The translations under genes were made by a program, and so were the position numbers. A DNA stretch of 64,000 nucleotides. Source: a virus. Of this stretch, positions 36,669-46,050 are shown piece after piece (position 1 is the stretch's first letter; the number at the start of each line of letters is the position of its first letter). The stretch covers positions 1 through 64,000 of IMG/VR virus record IMGVR_UViG_3300028008_000005. One strand, given 5' to 3'. The notes under the pieces were generated by a model. That model was given only the letters and a program-made list of their open reading frames with translations, ran no database searches and had not been told where the DNA came from.

Positions 36669-38471
36669 ATGGCAAAAACAGAATACATGGGTATTCAGAT
36701 AGATTACTCGCGCGACGAACTATTTGATAAGTTAGGTAAGCAAAGACTACAAGAAAGTTACATGAAGGAGGATGAAGAATCACCGCAAGAACGCTTTGCA
36801 TTTGTTAGCTCTGCATTCGCATCTAATCCAGAACACGCTCAAAGATTATACGATTATTCAAGCAAGCATTGGCTATCATATTCTACGCCAATACTATCTT
36901 TTGGTCGCTCATCTAAAGGTATGCCTATATCCTGTTTTCTTAACTATATTAACGATACAGCAGAGGGATTAGTTGAAAACTTATCTGAAACAAATTGGCT
37001 TTCTATGCTTGGCGGTGGCGTTGGGATTGGTTTTGGTATCCGTTCCTCTGATGATAAGTCTGTGGGTGTTATGCCTCATCTCAAGACTTACGATTCATCG
37101 TGCCTCGCATATCGCCAAGGTCGCACTCGACGGGGCTCTTACGCTACTTATCTTGACATATCTCACCCAGACGTGGTAATGTTCCTTGAGATGCGAAAGC
37201 CTACTGGTGATCCAAACGTTCGTTGTTTGAATCTGCATCACGGCATTAACATCTCTGACAGGTTTATGGAAATTGTTGAGCGAGCCATGACAGATCCGGA
37301 GGCTGACGATGGTTGGAATCTGGTTGATCCGCACTCTGGCCAGATTAAAGATACCGTATCAGCTAAAGCTTTGTGGCAAAAGATTATTGAATTGCGTATG
37401 GAAACTGGCGAACCATATATTCATTATATCGATACTTCTAATCGCCATCTTCCGCAATTCCAAAAGGATATGGGACTTAAGGTTCATCAGTCTAATCTTT
37501 GTTCAGAAATCATACTTGCCACAAACGAAGAAAGAACCGCTGTTTGTTGTCTGTCTTCCGTAAACCTAGAGCATTATGATTCCTGGAGTAAGAATGGATT
37601 ATTCCTTAAAGATATGGCAGAAATGCTTGATAATGTTCTTCAGTACTTTATAGATAATGCACCTGATCAGGTATCCCGCGCTAAGTTCTCTGCTTCGAGA
37701 GAAAGAAGTATTGGTGTTGGAGCCTTAGGCTTCCATGCATACCTACAAAGTAAAAACATGCCATGGGAAAGTGCCATGGCAACCGGTGCTAACATAAGAA
37801 TGTTTAAGCACATTAGGAGTAAATTAGATGAAGCAAATCTCGAAATTGGTAAAGCCCGTGGAGAAGCACCAGACGCAGCCGGAACAGGACAGAGATTTAG
37901 CCACGTTATGGCTGTTGCTCCTAATGCCTCTAGCTCTATTATCATGGGGAACACTAGTCCTTCTATTGAGCCTTTTCGAGCTAACGCGTATCGGCAAGAT
38001 ACGCTATCTGGATCCCATCTTAACAAAAATAAACACCTGGTTAGAGTCTTAGAGGGTAAGATCGAAGATAAGAAAACAAAGTTAAGTATGGATGAGATCT
38101 GGTCTTCGATCATTTCAAGTGATGGATCAGTTCAGCATCTAACTTTTTTAGACCAATGGGAAAAGGACGTATTTAAGACTGCTATGGAAATTGATCAAAG
38201 ATGGATAATCGATCATGCTTCTAAGCGCCAGGAATATATTGATCAGGCACAATCCTTAAATTTATTCTTTCGACCTGATTCTAACATTAAGTATATCCAT
38301 GCAGCTCATTATCTTGCATGGAAGCAGGGGCTTAAATCGTTATACTATTGCAGATCTGAAAAGCTAGGTAAAGCGGATAGAGTATCAAACAAAATAGAAA
38401 GACAGATTATTAAGGAACTAGATATGACAGCATTAGTAAACGACGAGCCTTGTCTCGCTTGTGAGGGTTAA
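36669..38471 (+). CDS. nrdA: Class Ia ribonucleotide reductase alpha subunit
   Basis: PISCF, SNLCSEI, VCCLSS, APNASSS, KSLYYCR, C-terminal CLACEG. Confidence 0.96.
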   Translation: MAKTEYMGIQIDYSRDELFDKLGKQRLQESYMKEDEESPQERFAFVSSAFASNPEHAQRLYDYSSKHWLSYSTPILSFGRSSKGMPISCFLNYINDTAEGLVENLSETNWLSMLGGGVGIGFGIRSSDDKSVGVMPHLKTYDSSCLAYRQGRTRRGSYATYLDISHPDVVMFLEMRKPTGDPNVRCLNLHHGINISDRFMEIVERAMTDPEADDGWNLVDPHSGQIKDTVSAKALWQKIIELRMETGEPYIHYIDTSNRHLPQFQKDMGLKVHQSNLCSEIILATNEERTAVCCLSSVNLEHYDSWSKNGLFLKDMAEMLDNVLQYFIDNAPDQVSRAKFSASRERSIGVGALGFHAYLQSKNMPWESAMATGANIRMFKHIRSKLDEANLEIGKARGEAPDAAGTGQRFSHVMAVAPNASSSIIMGNTSPSIEPFRANAYRQDTLSGSHLNKNKHLVRVLEGKIEDKKTKLSMDEIWSSIISSDGSVQHLTFLDQWEKDVFKTAMEIDQRWIIDHASKRQEYIDQAQSLNLFFRPDSNIKYIHAAHYLAWKQGLKSLYYCRSEKLGKADRVSNKIERQIIKELDMTALVNDEPCLACEG

Positions 38472-38474
38472 TAG

Positions 38475-39458
38475 ATGTCACCCAAAACAAAGATAACCGA
38501 CGAGCGCGCTTACTTTAAACCATTTAACTATGCTTGGGCATATGACGCATGGCTTAAGCATGAGCAAAGCCATTGGTTACATACAGAAGTACCTATGTCA
38601 GAAGACGTTAAAGACTGGCAGACAAAGGTGAGTGATGGAGAGAAAGGATTCTTAACAAACATCTTTCGTTTCTTTACACAGGGTGATATTGATGTAGCTG
38701 GTGGCTATGTTAACAACTACCTCCCGCACTTTCCCCAGCCAGAAGTACGCATGATGCTAATGGGGTTTGCAGCCCGTGAGGCGCTCCATGTGGCCGCCTA
38801 CAGCCATTTAATTGAAACTTTGGGTATGCCTGAGTCTACATACAACGAGTTCCTAGAATACGAAGCTATGGCCAATAAGCATGAGTACTTCTTGAACCTA
38901 TCTAACGATACACAAGACAAGGGTACAATTGCTACTAACATTGCAGCCTTCTCAGCATTTACCGAAGGCATGCAACTGTTCTCTTCTTTTATTATGCTGC
39001 TTAACTTCCCCCGACATGGCAAGATGAAGGGTATGGGCCAGATCGTTACTTGGTCGATTGTTGATGAGACTATGCATGCCGAGAACATGATTAAGCTATT
39101 CCGAACCTATGTTGAGGAGAATCTGGAATTGTGGAATGACGATCTTAAAGGCAAGATCTATACCATTGCAGAAAGAATGGTAGAGCTTGAAGACAAGTTT
39201 ATTGACCTTTCTTTTGCTATGGGAGATATGGAAAATCTAACACCTGAAGACGTTAAAAAGTATATTCGATACATCTGTGATCGACGTCTAATTAGCTTAG
39301 GTCTAAAAGGCATATTCAAGATTAAAAAGAACCCATTACTTTGGGTAGAAGAAATGATTAACGCTCCTACACATACTAACTTCTTTGAGAACAGAGCAAC
39401 TGATTATGCCCGCGGGGCTACAACTGGAGATTGGAAAGATATTTGGGGGAGTGCATAG
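38475..39458 (+). CDS. nrdB: Class Ia ribonucleotide reductase beta subunit
   Basis: FFTQGD, REALH..AY, TEGMQLFSSF, DETMH, NFFE.R.TDY. Confidence 0.96.
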   Translation: MSPKTKITDERAYFKPFNYAWAYDAWLKHEQSHWLHTEVPMSEDVKDWQTKVSDGEKGFLTNIFRFFTQGDIDVAGGYVNNYLPHFPQPEVRMMLMGFAAREALHVAAYSHLIETLGMPESTYNEFLEYEAMANKHEYFLNLSNDTQDKGTIATNIAAFSAFTEGMQLFSSFIMLLNFPRHGKMKGMGQIVTWSIVDETMHAENMIKLFRTYVEENLELWNDDLKGKIYTIAERMVELEDKFIDLSFAMGDMENLTPEDVKKYIRYICDRRLISLGLKGIFKIKKNPLLWVEEMINAPTHTNFFENRATDYARGATTGDWKDIWGSA

Positions 39459-39595
39459 TGAAGATTACCTGTAGTTCGTGTAATTTAACATATAGAGTGA
39501 TATCAGACGAGGCGGAATATGATGGTATTGATCCTGAATTCTGCCCATTTTGTTCAGAAGAAGTTTCAGAAGATCTAGATTTTAACGAGGAATAA
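39458..39595 (+). CDS. Small zinc-ribbon protein (45 aa)
   Basis: Read manually from GTG: KITCSSC...EFCPFC; GGGAG RBS. Confidence 0.65.
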   Translation: MKITCSSCNLTYRVISDEAEYDGIDPEFCPFCSEEVSEDLDFNEE

Positions 39596-39636
39596 TGTTC
39601 TATAAATAGTTCATATAACACCTATATGAGCTAATT

Positions 39637-40080
39637 ATGAACCAGTGGTTAATAGAAGAAAAGATATCAGGCTTACCGCCTAGGACAATATCATACGAAC
39701 CGGAAGATTTAGATCCAAAGGTAATTTACGGTTTTGTATATTTAATTGAGAATCTAGAGACCGGAAGGAAGTACGTTGGTAAAAAGTTCTTCTGGTCAAT
39801 GAAGTCCAAACAGGTAAAAGGAAAAAGGAAAAAATATAAAGCTGAATCAGATTGGAAAAAATATCACGGATCTTCTGGAGAGCTAACAGAAGACTTGGAA
39901 AAATACGGTAAAGATAAATTTAAAAGAACTATTCTACACCTCTGTAAAACAAAAGCTGAATGCGCATATATGGAGTTAAAAGAACAGATTGAAAGAGATG
40001 CTCTTCTTCGCGAAGACTATTATAATGGATGGATCCAAGTCCGTGTTCGTAAAGCCCACTTAAAGCATATACACAAATGA
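39637..40080 (+). CDS. GIY-YIG endonuclease
   Basis: GFVYLIEN..TGRKYVGKK, W.KY.GSS, YYNGWI; TATAAATA at 39601. Confidence 0.85.
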   Translation: MNQWLIEEKISGLPPRTISYEPEDLDPKVIYGFVYLIENLETGRKYVGKKFFWSMKSKQVKGKRKKYKAESDWKKYHGSSGELTEDLEKYGKDKFKRTILHLCKTKAECAYMELKEQIERDALLREDYYNGWIQVRVRKAHLKHIHK

Positions 40081-40427
40081 CCGATAATGTTATACAGTTT
40101 CCGAAGCCTAAGCCTAAAAAAGAAACAAGAAGAGGCATAGCAACTGATATAGATGAAAATCTTTCAGGCCTTATGTCTGTTTCGGCAGATGCTCTTGATA
40201 TGCTTGTTGCTTCTCTAGTAGAAGAAGGCTACGATCCTCTTAAAAGCCCTGAAATGATTATGGACCTAGGTATAATACTTAATGCCACTTATGCTATGCT
40301 TTTAAGGGATCAGGGAATATATCATGTTCTTCATGATCATATGGAAGAGATGCAAGGTACCCTAGAGGAACTAACCCGGATGATGAAAGCAAACAAAGAT
40401 ATATTCGATCCTGATGGGGAAAGATAA
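40077..40427 (+). CDS. Hypothetical protein
   Basis: NVIQFP N-terminus; operon packing. Confidence 0.6.
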   Translation: MTDNVIQFPKPKPKKETRRGIATDIDENLSGLMSVSADALDMLVASLVEEGYDPLKSPEMIMDLGIILNATYAMLLRDQGIYHVLHDHMEEMQGTLEELTRMMKANKDIFDPDGER

Positions 40428-40675
40428 TGGGCATAAGAAATTGGTGGTATACCCTAATAAAAGAAGAATGGGAGCTTAAGATATCCGTTCCTGCCGCAGA
40501 GATAGAAATACTTGTAGACGGTACTCGTATTCAGCACACCATAGAAAAAACTTTTATGGTTAAAAAGATTATAAAAATAAAGCCTACCCAATTCATCTTT
40601 GTAGATACCGAAGACCACCGACAAGAAATTAACCTAATATCTCCCGTTTCATATAGCATAAAGAAAATCTATTAG
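40427..40675 (+). CDS. Hypothetical protein
   Basis: Translationally coupled ORF. Confidence 0.55.
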   Translation: MGIRNWWYTLIKEEWELKISVPAAEIEILVDGTRIQHTIEKTFMVKKIIKIKPTQFIFVDTEDHRQEINLISPVSYSIKKIY

Positions 40676-40738
40676 GGGTTTACAACTCGTAATAAGTGTG
40701 ATATAATGTATTATTAAATCGTTAAAAGTGAGTGACAG

Positions 40739-41587
40739 ATGATTATCCTAGATTATAATGCTATTGCCATAGCTAACATTGTTGTACAAAGAATAGAGAT
40801 TACAGAAGATATGATTCGTCATATGATACTTAATTCTATTCGGATGTATAATAAAAAGTTCCGTGACGAATACGGTCAAATGGTTATAGCAAATGACTCC
40901 TCTAATTGGCGCAAAGAAGCCTTTCCCCAATATAAAGCAGCCCGTAAAAGTAACAGAGAAGATTCTCCCCTCGATTGGCAAGAAATATTTAGAATCATTA
41001 ATTTAGTCTTTGAAGAGATCGGGGATAACCTACCATACAAAACAGTTCGTGTAGAAGGCTGTGAAGCAGATGACGTCATAGGCCAATTAGTAGAAATGAC
41101 CCAGGAATTTGGTCAGCATGACGAAGTTATGATTGTATCTGCAGATAAAGACTTTATCCAATTACAAAAGTATAACAACGTTAAGCAATTCTCCCCTATG
41201 ACTAAGAAGTTTATTACCGATCCCAATCCTACCAATTATCTCTTTGAGCATATTCTCAAAGGTGATTCCGGAGATGGAGTACCTAATGTTCTTAGCCCTG
41301 ATAATACTTTTACTGATAGTATTAGGCAATCGCCAATGACCAAGAAAAAGATTGCTGAATTCTCTGTGCCAGAAGAACAGCTTCCAGAGGTTATGGGAGA
41401 GGAGATATATAGAAACTACTGCCGTAATAAAACAATGATTGACCTAAACAATACTCCTACGGGATTAAAAGAAACAATCATTGATACTTACAATAAGCAA
41501 AAAACGGCACATCCATCTAAGGTACTAAACTACCTAATTAAAAAGCGTTGTAAGATGCTAATTGAATCAGCAGGGGAATTCCTATAA
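40739..41587 (+). CDS. rnh: T4-type RNase H / 5'-3' exonuclease
   Basis: WRK..FP.YKA.R, EADDVI, SADKDFIQLQ, GDSGDGVPN. Confidence 0.93.
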   Translation: MIILDYNAIAIANIVVQRIEITEDMIRHMILNSIRMYNKKFRDEYGQMVIANDSSNWRKEAFPQYKAARKSNREDSPLDWQEIFRIINLVFEEIGDNLPYKTVRVEGCEADDVIGQLVEMTQEFGQHDEVMIVSADKDFIQLQKYNNVKQFSPMTKKFITDPNPTNYLFEHILKGDSGDGVPNVLSPDNTFTDSIRQSPMTKKKIAEFSVPEEQLPEVMGEEIYRNYCRNKTMIDLNNTPTGLKETIIDTYNKQKTAHPSKVLNYLIKKRCKMLIESAGEFL

Positions 41588-42036
41588 TGGCTGCATATGT
41601 TTACGAAATATTAGAGAAAGCCTCAACGGCTAAAACAAAAGAGGAAAAGGTCCAGATCCTTAAGGATGGAAACTCTTTTGCTTTGCGAACAGTATTACAA
41701 GGTGGCATGGATTCTTCAATTGAATTCATTCTTCCTGAAGGTGCACCACCATATAGTTCAGAGGATGCTGGTAAGTGGGGATATACCCCTTCTTCTATAC
41801 AAAGAGCAGCTAAGAAATTTAGATTCTTTGTTAAAGGAGGCCCTGGTGAAAAAATGAAAGCCGTTAAGCGGGAAAAGATGTTTATTGATCTGCTAGAGAC
41901 CATGCATCCAAAAGAAGCTGAGCTACTGGTTCTAATGAAAGATAAAGGACTTATTAAAAAGACTGGAACAGCCCACTATAAGGGTGTTACTAAACAACTA
42001 GTCCTTGTGGCATTTCCGGACCTAATTAAAGAGTAA
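41587..42036 (+). CDS. Conserved T4-like hypothetical protein
   Basis: LPEGAPPY, KREKMFI.LLE..HP.EAE. Confidence 0.75.
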   Translation: MAAYVYEILEKASTAKTKEEKVQILKDGNSFALRTVLQGGMDSSIEFILPEGAPPYSSEDAGKWGYTPSSIQRAAKKFRFFVKGGPGEKMKAVKREKMFIDLLETMHPKEAELLVLMKDKGLIKKTGTAHYKGVTKQLVLVAFPDLIKE

Positions 42037-42083
42037 ATTTTCATAAATATTATTATGAGTACAACATTTATCTCATAAACCGA

Positions 42084-42118
42084 AGGATCTAGTTTCTCTG
42101 AAGCTATGATCCTTTTTT
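42084..42118 (+). terminator. Probable terminator hairpin
   Basis: AAGGATC.TAG...CTA.GATCCTT stem followed by T-run. Confidence 0.5.
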
Positions 42119-42194
42119 ACTTTTAAAACTACCAAAAGGAGAAATCTGAAAAAAACTTTCATCCAATTATAAACAAGCAATTAGAGGTACATCT

Positions 42195-42371
42195 ATGTCT
42201 TATGGCCCACAAGTTGAGCGTTTGAAAAAAGATTCGAGAGAATTGGGATATTTTATGAGAAAGTTACAGAAATCCGGAAATACACAAAAGGCATATATTA
42301 TACAAAAAAAGATGGAGTATTTAGACAGTAAAATCCAAGAGATGAAAGAGGATCTTCTTACCTTACACTAA
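42195..42371 (+). CDS. Small hypothetical protein (58 aa)
   Basis: Read manually: MSYGPQVERLKKDSRELGYF...; GAGG RBS; followed by a GC hairpin. Confidence 0.6.
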   Translation: MSYGPQVERLKKDSRELGYFMRKLQKSGNTQKAYIIQKKMEYLDSKIQEMKEDLLTLH

Positions 42372-42417
42372 GATAAGACGCTTTCCGAGGGGGATGGTGA
42401 TCCCACCCCCTCATTTA

Positions 42418-42581
42418 TTACGATTTGTTACGATTTAGTTTTCCTATATAAATCAATCACTTATAACCCCCGAAGCTATAACCCCTTGTTTTTATTAGAG
42501 TTTTTATTTGTGCCTAAGGGGTTTACAAGACCCTGATATAGCGGTATAATACTCGCATAAATTAAACAAAGGGCTAAGATT
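42418..42581 (+). promoter_or_regulatory. Early promoter cassette with ~80 bp insert
   Basis: Box TTACGATTTGTTACGATTT 42418-42436; AAATCAATCACTTATA element; TTTACA 42522-42527; TATAAT 42545-42550; conserved leader. Confidence 0.75.
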
Positions 42582-42905
42582 ATGAACTACCAAGAAGCTA
42601 TGACAGACCTTATATCTCATATTAAAGAAGATTTTGAATCAAATGGTTACACCCACCTTTTAGTAGAAGATATTGATATTGAGGTATTATCTGGCTCTAA
42701 GTACGACAAGATTATCGAGAACGGTAGACACGGTGGACGCGTTATTGGGTTTGTGTGCAAAAAGGACAATCCTAAAAAAGGGTTCAATATTGGTGATATC
42801 TTAATGGCAGCAAGCTACAATGCTCCCTCTACTAATTTTGCTCGAGGCTCAATCTTTGACCCACAAACATACCGTGCACGAGTTCGCTTCCACGGTATAG
42901 TTTAA
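42582..42905 (+). CDS. Hypothetical early protein
   Basis: KYDKI...GFV...GDILMAASYNAP..NFARGSIF, a pattern seen in phage early genes. Confidence 0.7.
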   Translation: MNYQEAMTDLISHIKEDFESNGYTHLLVEDIDIEVLSGSKYDKIIENGRHGGRVIGFVCKKDNPKKGFNIGDILMAASYNAPSTNFARGSIFDPQTYRARVRFHGIV

Positions 42906-42919
42906 TAAAGGAAAAAAAT

Positions 42920-43111
42920 ATGAAGATTACACGTACTAATATTCTCAACGGCGAGGTTAACACCCTGGATCTGGATATTACTCCAGACCAGGTTTCTACG
43001 TATGAAGCTGGTGCTTTGCTTCAAGACGCATTTCCCCAGCTAAGCGTAGACGATCGCGAGTTTTTCAAGACTGGCATTACCGCTAAAAGCTGGGAAATGC
43101 TCGTAACGTAA
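42920..43111 (+). CDS. Hypothetical protein
   Basis: LLQDAFP.LS.DDREF..TG; AAGGA RBS. Confidence 0.7.
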   Translation: MKITRTNILNGEVNTLDLDITPDQVSTYEAGALLQDAFPQLSVDDREFFKTGITAKSWEMLVT

Positions 43112-43168
43112 TATTACGAATTAGGGGTTTACATACCCCCAGCCTATATGGTATAATGATTAAACAAA

Positions 43169-43759
43169 TTGGAGATTAAATTGAAAGAAAAAGTTATATT
43201 AGTTGACTGCGATGGCGTCCTACTCGACTGGGAGTACCACTTCCACCGTTGGATGGCAAACAAAGGATTTATTAGAAGTAGCGTAATTAGCTACAATGTT
43301 GCAGAGGTATACAACCTAGAAAAAACAGAAGCTAAGCACATTATTAAGCATTTTAACGAAAGCGCACAAATCGCTTTTCTATCACCTCTTCGTGATGCTG
43401 TTAAGTACGTTCGTAAGCTTCAAGAAGAACACGGTTACGTGTTCCATTGCATTACTTCGCTTAGTAATGATCCTGCTGCTCAAGAGCTTCGAAAGAAGAA
43501 CCTAGAAACTGTGTTTGGTAAAACCATCTTTGAAGATTTTATTATTCTTGGATGTGGATATGATAAAGACGAAGCTCTTGAGCCTTACCGTGATACTGGC
43601 TGCTTTTGGGTAGAGGATAAAATCGAAAATGCTGAGCTCGGTCTAGAACTTGGACTAAGCTCTATTCTTATTGCTCATAACCATAACAGTCATTATGATG
43701 GTAAAGTAAAAAGAATTAGCAACTGGAAAGAAATCTACAATGAAATTACTGGAGTATAA
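43169..43759 (+). CDS. HAD-superfamily phosphatase (5'-nucleotidase-like)
   Basis: LVDCDGVLLDW (DxD), ITS, K, WVEDK; preceded by early promoter 43128-43157. Confidence 0.85.
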   Translation: MEIKLKEKVILVDCDGVLLDWEYHFHRWMANKGFIRSSVISYNVAEVYNLEKTEAKHIIKHFNESAQIAFLSPLRDAVKYVRKLQEEHGYVFHCITSLSNDPAAQELRKKNLETVFGKTIFEDFIILGCGYDKDEALEPYRDTGCFWVEDKIENAELGLELGLSSILIAHNHNSHYDGKVKRISNWKEIYNEITGV

Positions 43760-43761
43760 TT

Positions 43762-43965
43762 ATGCTTATTGAAAATGGTAAAATCGATCCACGCGTTCAC
43801 AATTTACTTAGGAGCATGCTTAATCCTGAAAAATATGGCAACTCAGTAAGCCCTGAGATTCGCGATGAAGTACGGGCATTGCTTGGTATGAATCGAGTAG
43901 AGCAAAGACTATATGCTCCTAATATTAAAAACGTAAAGATAGATCAATTTGGTAATTATTGCTAA
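43762..43965 (+). CDS. Hypothetical protein
   Basis: GGAG RBS; operon packing. Confidence 0.55.
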   Translation: MLIENGKIDPRVHNLLRSMLNPEKYGNSVSPEIRDEVRALLGMNRVEQRLYAPNIKNVKIDQFGNYC

Positions 43966-44032
43966 CATATTACCAAATATCATAATGTTACATAAGGTAA
44001 CACGTATATATAGTATCGTTAAAGGAAAAAAT

Positions 44033-44416
44033 ATGAAAAAGCTTCTTTTTATAGCTTCATTGTTACCGGGTATTGCTTTAGCTGATGTGGTTGTTGTTGG
44101 TACTACACCGCGTTATGTTACGATATACCAAAAACAATGTGAGGTAAAAGATATCTTTATTCAGAAATCTTCTTCCTCCACCTTAGTTGGCGGGGTGATT
44201 GGTGGTTTGTTAGGACATCAAGTTGGTAACGGATCTGGTAAAACTGCAGCTACAATTGCTGGAGCTATTATAGGTTCTGATATAGCAAATAAGAATTCTG
44301 AACCAAAGCTAATTCAAAGAGAATATTGTACTGAAGTACCTATTCAAGTACAAAAAGGTGAAACAGTTACCTTTGAGTATAAGGGTAGAATATTTAGACA
44401 AACCTTTGACAACTAA
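44033..44416 (+). CDS. Secreted glycine-zipper 2TM protein
   Basis: Signal peptide MKKLLFIASLLPGIALA; GGVIGGLLGHQVGNGSGKTAATIAGAIIG. Confidence 0.85.
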   Translation: MKKLLFIASLLPGIALADVVVVGTTPRYVTIYQKQCEVKDIFIQKSSSSTLVGGVIGGLLGHQVGNGSGKTAATIAGAIIGSDIANKNSEPKLIQREYCTEVPIQVQKGETVTFEYKGRIFRQTFDN

Positions 44417-44419
44417 GAA

Positions 44420-44720
44420 TTCGTTGAAGCATGTAATAGGAAGTTTGGACTCGGGTGCAAATCCCGATAGCTCCACCAAAAGAACACTGTCGGTGCTGTT
44501 GGGAAGCGCAGATGGACAACACTAGGACGCCGTTCGAATCGGAGCAGTGTTCTTCTGATGGGGCTATTCATAGATTCGACAGACAACTGAAAGCATGTGG
44601 AGAATAGGTGCGGGAGCTACCTTAAATGCAACAAACTCTATAAATGCAAACGATGAAGCATTTGCTCTAGCCGCATAGGTTAGATGAGGTATGGGCACCG
44701 CCTTATAATCAAACGGGCCT
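44420..44720 (+). ncRNA. ssrA: Circularly permuted (two-piece) tmRNA, tag (A)ANDEAFALAA
   Basis: Acceptor piece ...GGACTCGGGTGCAAATCCCGATAGCTCCACCA (ends 44478) precedes the coding piece GGGGCTATTCATAGATTCGAC (starts 44560); acceptor stem has G3-U70; tag codons 44646-44678 after TAAAT; outer ends approximate. Confidence 0.9.
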
Positions 44721-44791
44721 AAAATTCTCACATCAGAGAAACCAAAACTAAATATCCTCACAAGGGATTAATCGGAGATATAAGAAAGCTA

Positions 44792-44899
44792 ATGAACAAA
44801 AGAGAACTTACCTTTGAGGTAATATGTAATTTATTATTACCTGTAACAACCATGGCATTGATCGTTGTTTTGCCATTTATTACTAGTGGATTAATCTAG
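44792..44899 (+). CDS. Small membrane peptide (35 aa)
   Basis: Read manually: MNKRELTFEVICNLLLPVTTMALIVVLPFITSGLI. Confidence 0.4.
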   Translation: MNKRELTFEVICNLLLPVTTMALIVVLPFITSGLI

Positions 44900-44935
44900 T
44901 ATACAATCTAACTGAAATGCGGTATAATATATATT

Positions 44936-45502
44936 ATGAATTTATTTGTATTAGACGAAAGCCCAGTCGTGTCAGCTCAACAACAGTGCGATAAGCACGT
45001 AGTAAAAATGATCGTTGAGTCTGCACAGATGCTCTCAACTGCCCATCGATACCTAGACGGGCAGTTAACCTCTATCCCCTCAAAGTCAGGCAAGACCAAT
45101 GTTAAGTATTGGAAGCTTGATGATTATAGAGAACCGTACTTATATAAGCCGGTTCATGTAAACCATCCTTGTACAATATGGACAAGAGAAAGTGTTGCTA
45201 ATTATATGTGGCACTATCGACACTTCTTAGCCCTATGCTACGAATATCGATATCGATATGGCAGAATGCATAAGACTGAAGAGGTACTATCAGACGTCTT
45301 GTCCTTTCTCCCATATAACATTCCCGCCGGTAAACTAACACCATTTCGATTAGCTATGGGTTCTAATCCAGAATGTATAGATAATAATGACGTAGTAGGA
45401 TCATATAGAAAATACTACAAAAGCAAGCAGTCCCAGTTTAATATGAGATGGACTAAAAGACAAACACCATCTTGGTTTAGCGAGGTAATAGGCAATGCAT
45501 GA
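44936..45502 (+). CDS. Pyrimidine dimer DNA glycosylase (DenV-like) family protein
   Basis: MNLF.LD......A...CDKHVVKM..ESAQMLSTAH, HVNHPCTIW, EY.YRYG..H. Confidence 0.75.
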   Translation: MNLFVLDESPVVSAQQQCDKHVVKMIVESAQMLSTAHRYLDGQLTSIPSKSGKTNVKYWKLDDYREPYLYKPVHVNHPCTIWTRESVANYMWHYRHFLALCYEYRYRYGRMHKTEEVLSDVLSFLPYNIPAGKLTPFRLAMGSNPECIDNNDVVGSYRKYYKSKQSQFNMRWTKRQTPSWFSEVIGNA

Positions 45503-45592
45503 GGGTCAATTCTGGTGTCCATTCCGTCAAGCTTTCTTTCAGTGGGATGAATTTATTTCCTATTATAGAGAGAAAGATAAAGAGAATGCAAT

Positions 45593-45796
45593 GTGAGTAT
45601 ACCAGCAAAGATAAAAGAACGTATGGATAACCTCCAGAATATGATGGAAAGCAACAATCATATAGATAATAAGAATAACGCTTTAGATGCGGTATCTCTT
45701 ATTACTAAATTCTGGCAAGCACTAAGCGAAGAAGATAAGGATTACGTTCAGGTAGCTCAGCATGCTATTGAAGAACAAACCCCCTGGAATATATAA
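45593..45796 (+). CDS. Hypothetical protein
   Basis: Operon packing; KFW..LSEED.DY. Confidence 0.6.
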   Translation: MSIPAKIKERMDNLQNMMESNNHIDNKNNALDAVSLITKFWQALSEEDKDYVQVAQHAIEEQTPWNI

Positions 45797-46050
45797 TGCC
45801 TACATATGACTACCACTGTAAATCCTGTGGGAATACGTTTACAAAATTATTAAAAATAGCTGATAGGAATTCCCCATCAGAAGTACCGTGTGAAGAGTGT
45901 GGTAATCTTGAAGTAGCTCAGAAGATTAGCGCACCTTTAATATCATATCAAGTTGGCGGGATATTGTCTAAGACTGATGGTGGTTGGAATGATACCCTTA
46001 AGAAAATAAAAGACGGAGCGGGACGGAATAATACAATTAATGTCAAATAG
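45796..46050 (+). CDS. FmdB-family zinc-ribbon protein
   Basis: MPTYDYHCKSC...PCEEC. Confidence 0.8.
   Translation: MPTYDYHCKSCGNTFTKLLKIADRNSPSEVPCEECGNLEVAQKISAPLISYQVGGILSKTDGGWNDTLKKIKDGAGRNNTINVK

Noticed and set aside
11482-39458. Introns or inteins in 43, 41, nrdA or nrdB
   Set aside because: All four are uninterrupted and of normal length; the GIY-YIG gene at 39637 is free-standing.
44490-44545. Stand-alone tRNA gene suggested by GTTCGAATC
   Set aside because: I could not build a cloverleaf with acceptor, D and anticodon arms; reported only as a structured tmRNA spacer.
44564-44761. 65 aa minus-strand ORF
   Set aside because: Antisense to the tmRNA coding piece; no RBS or recognisable motif.
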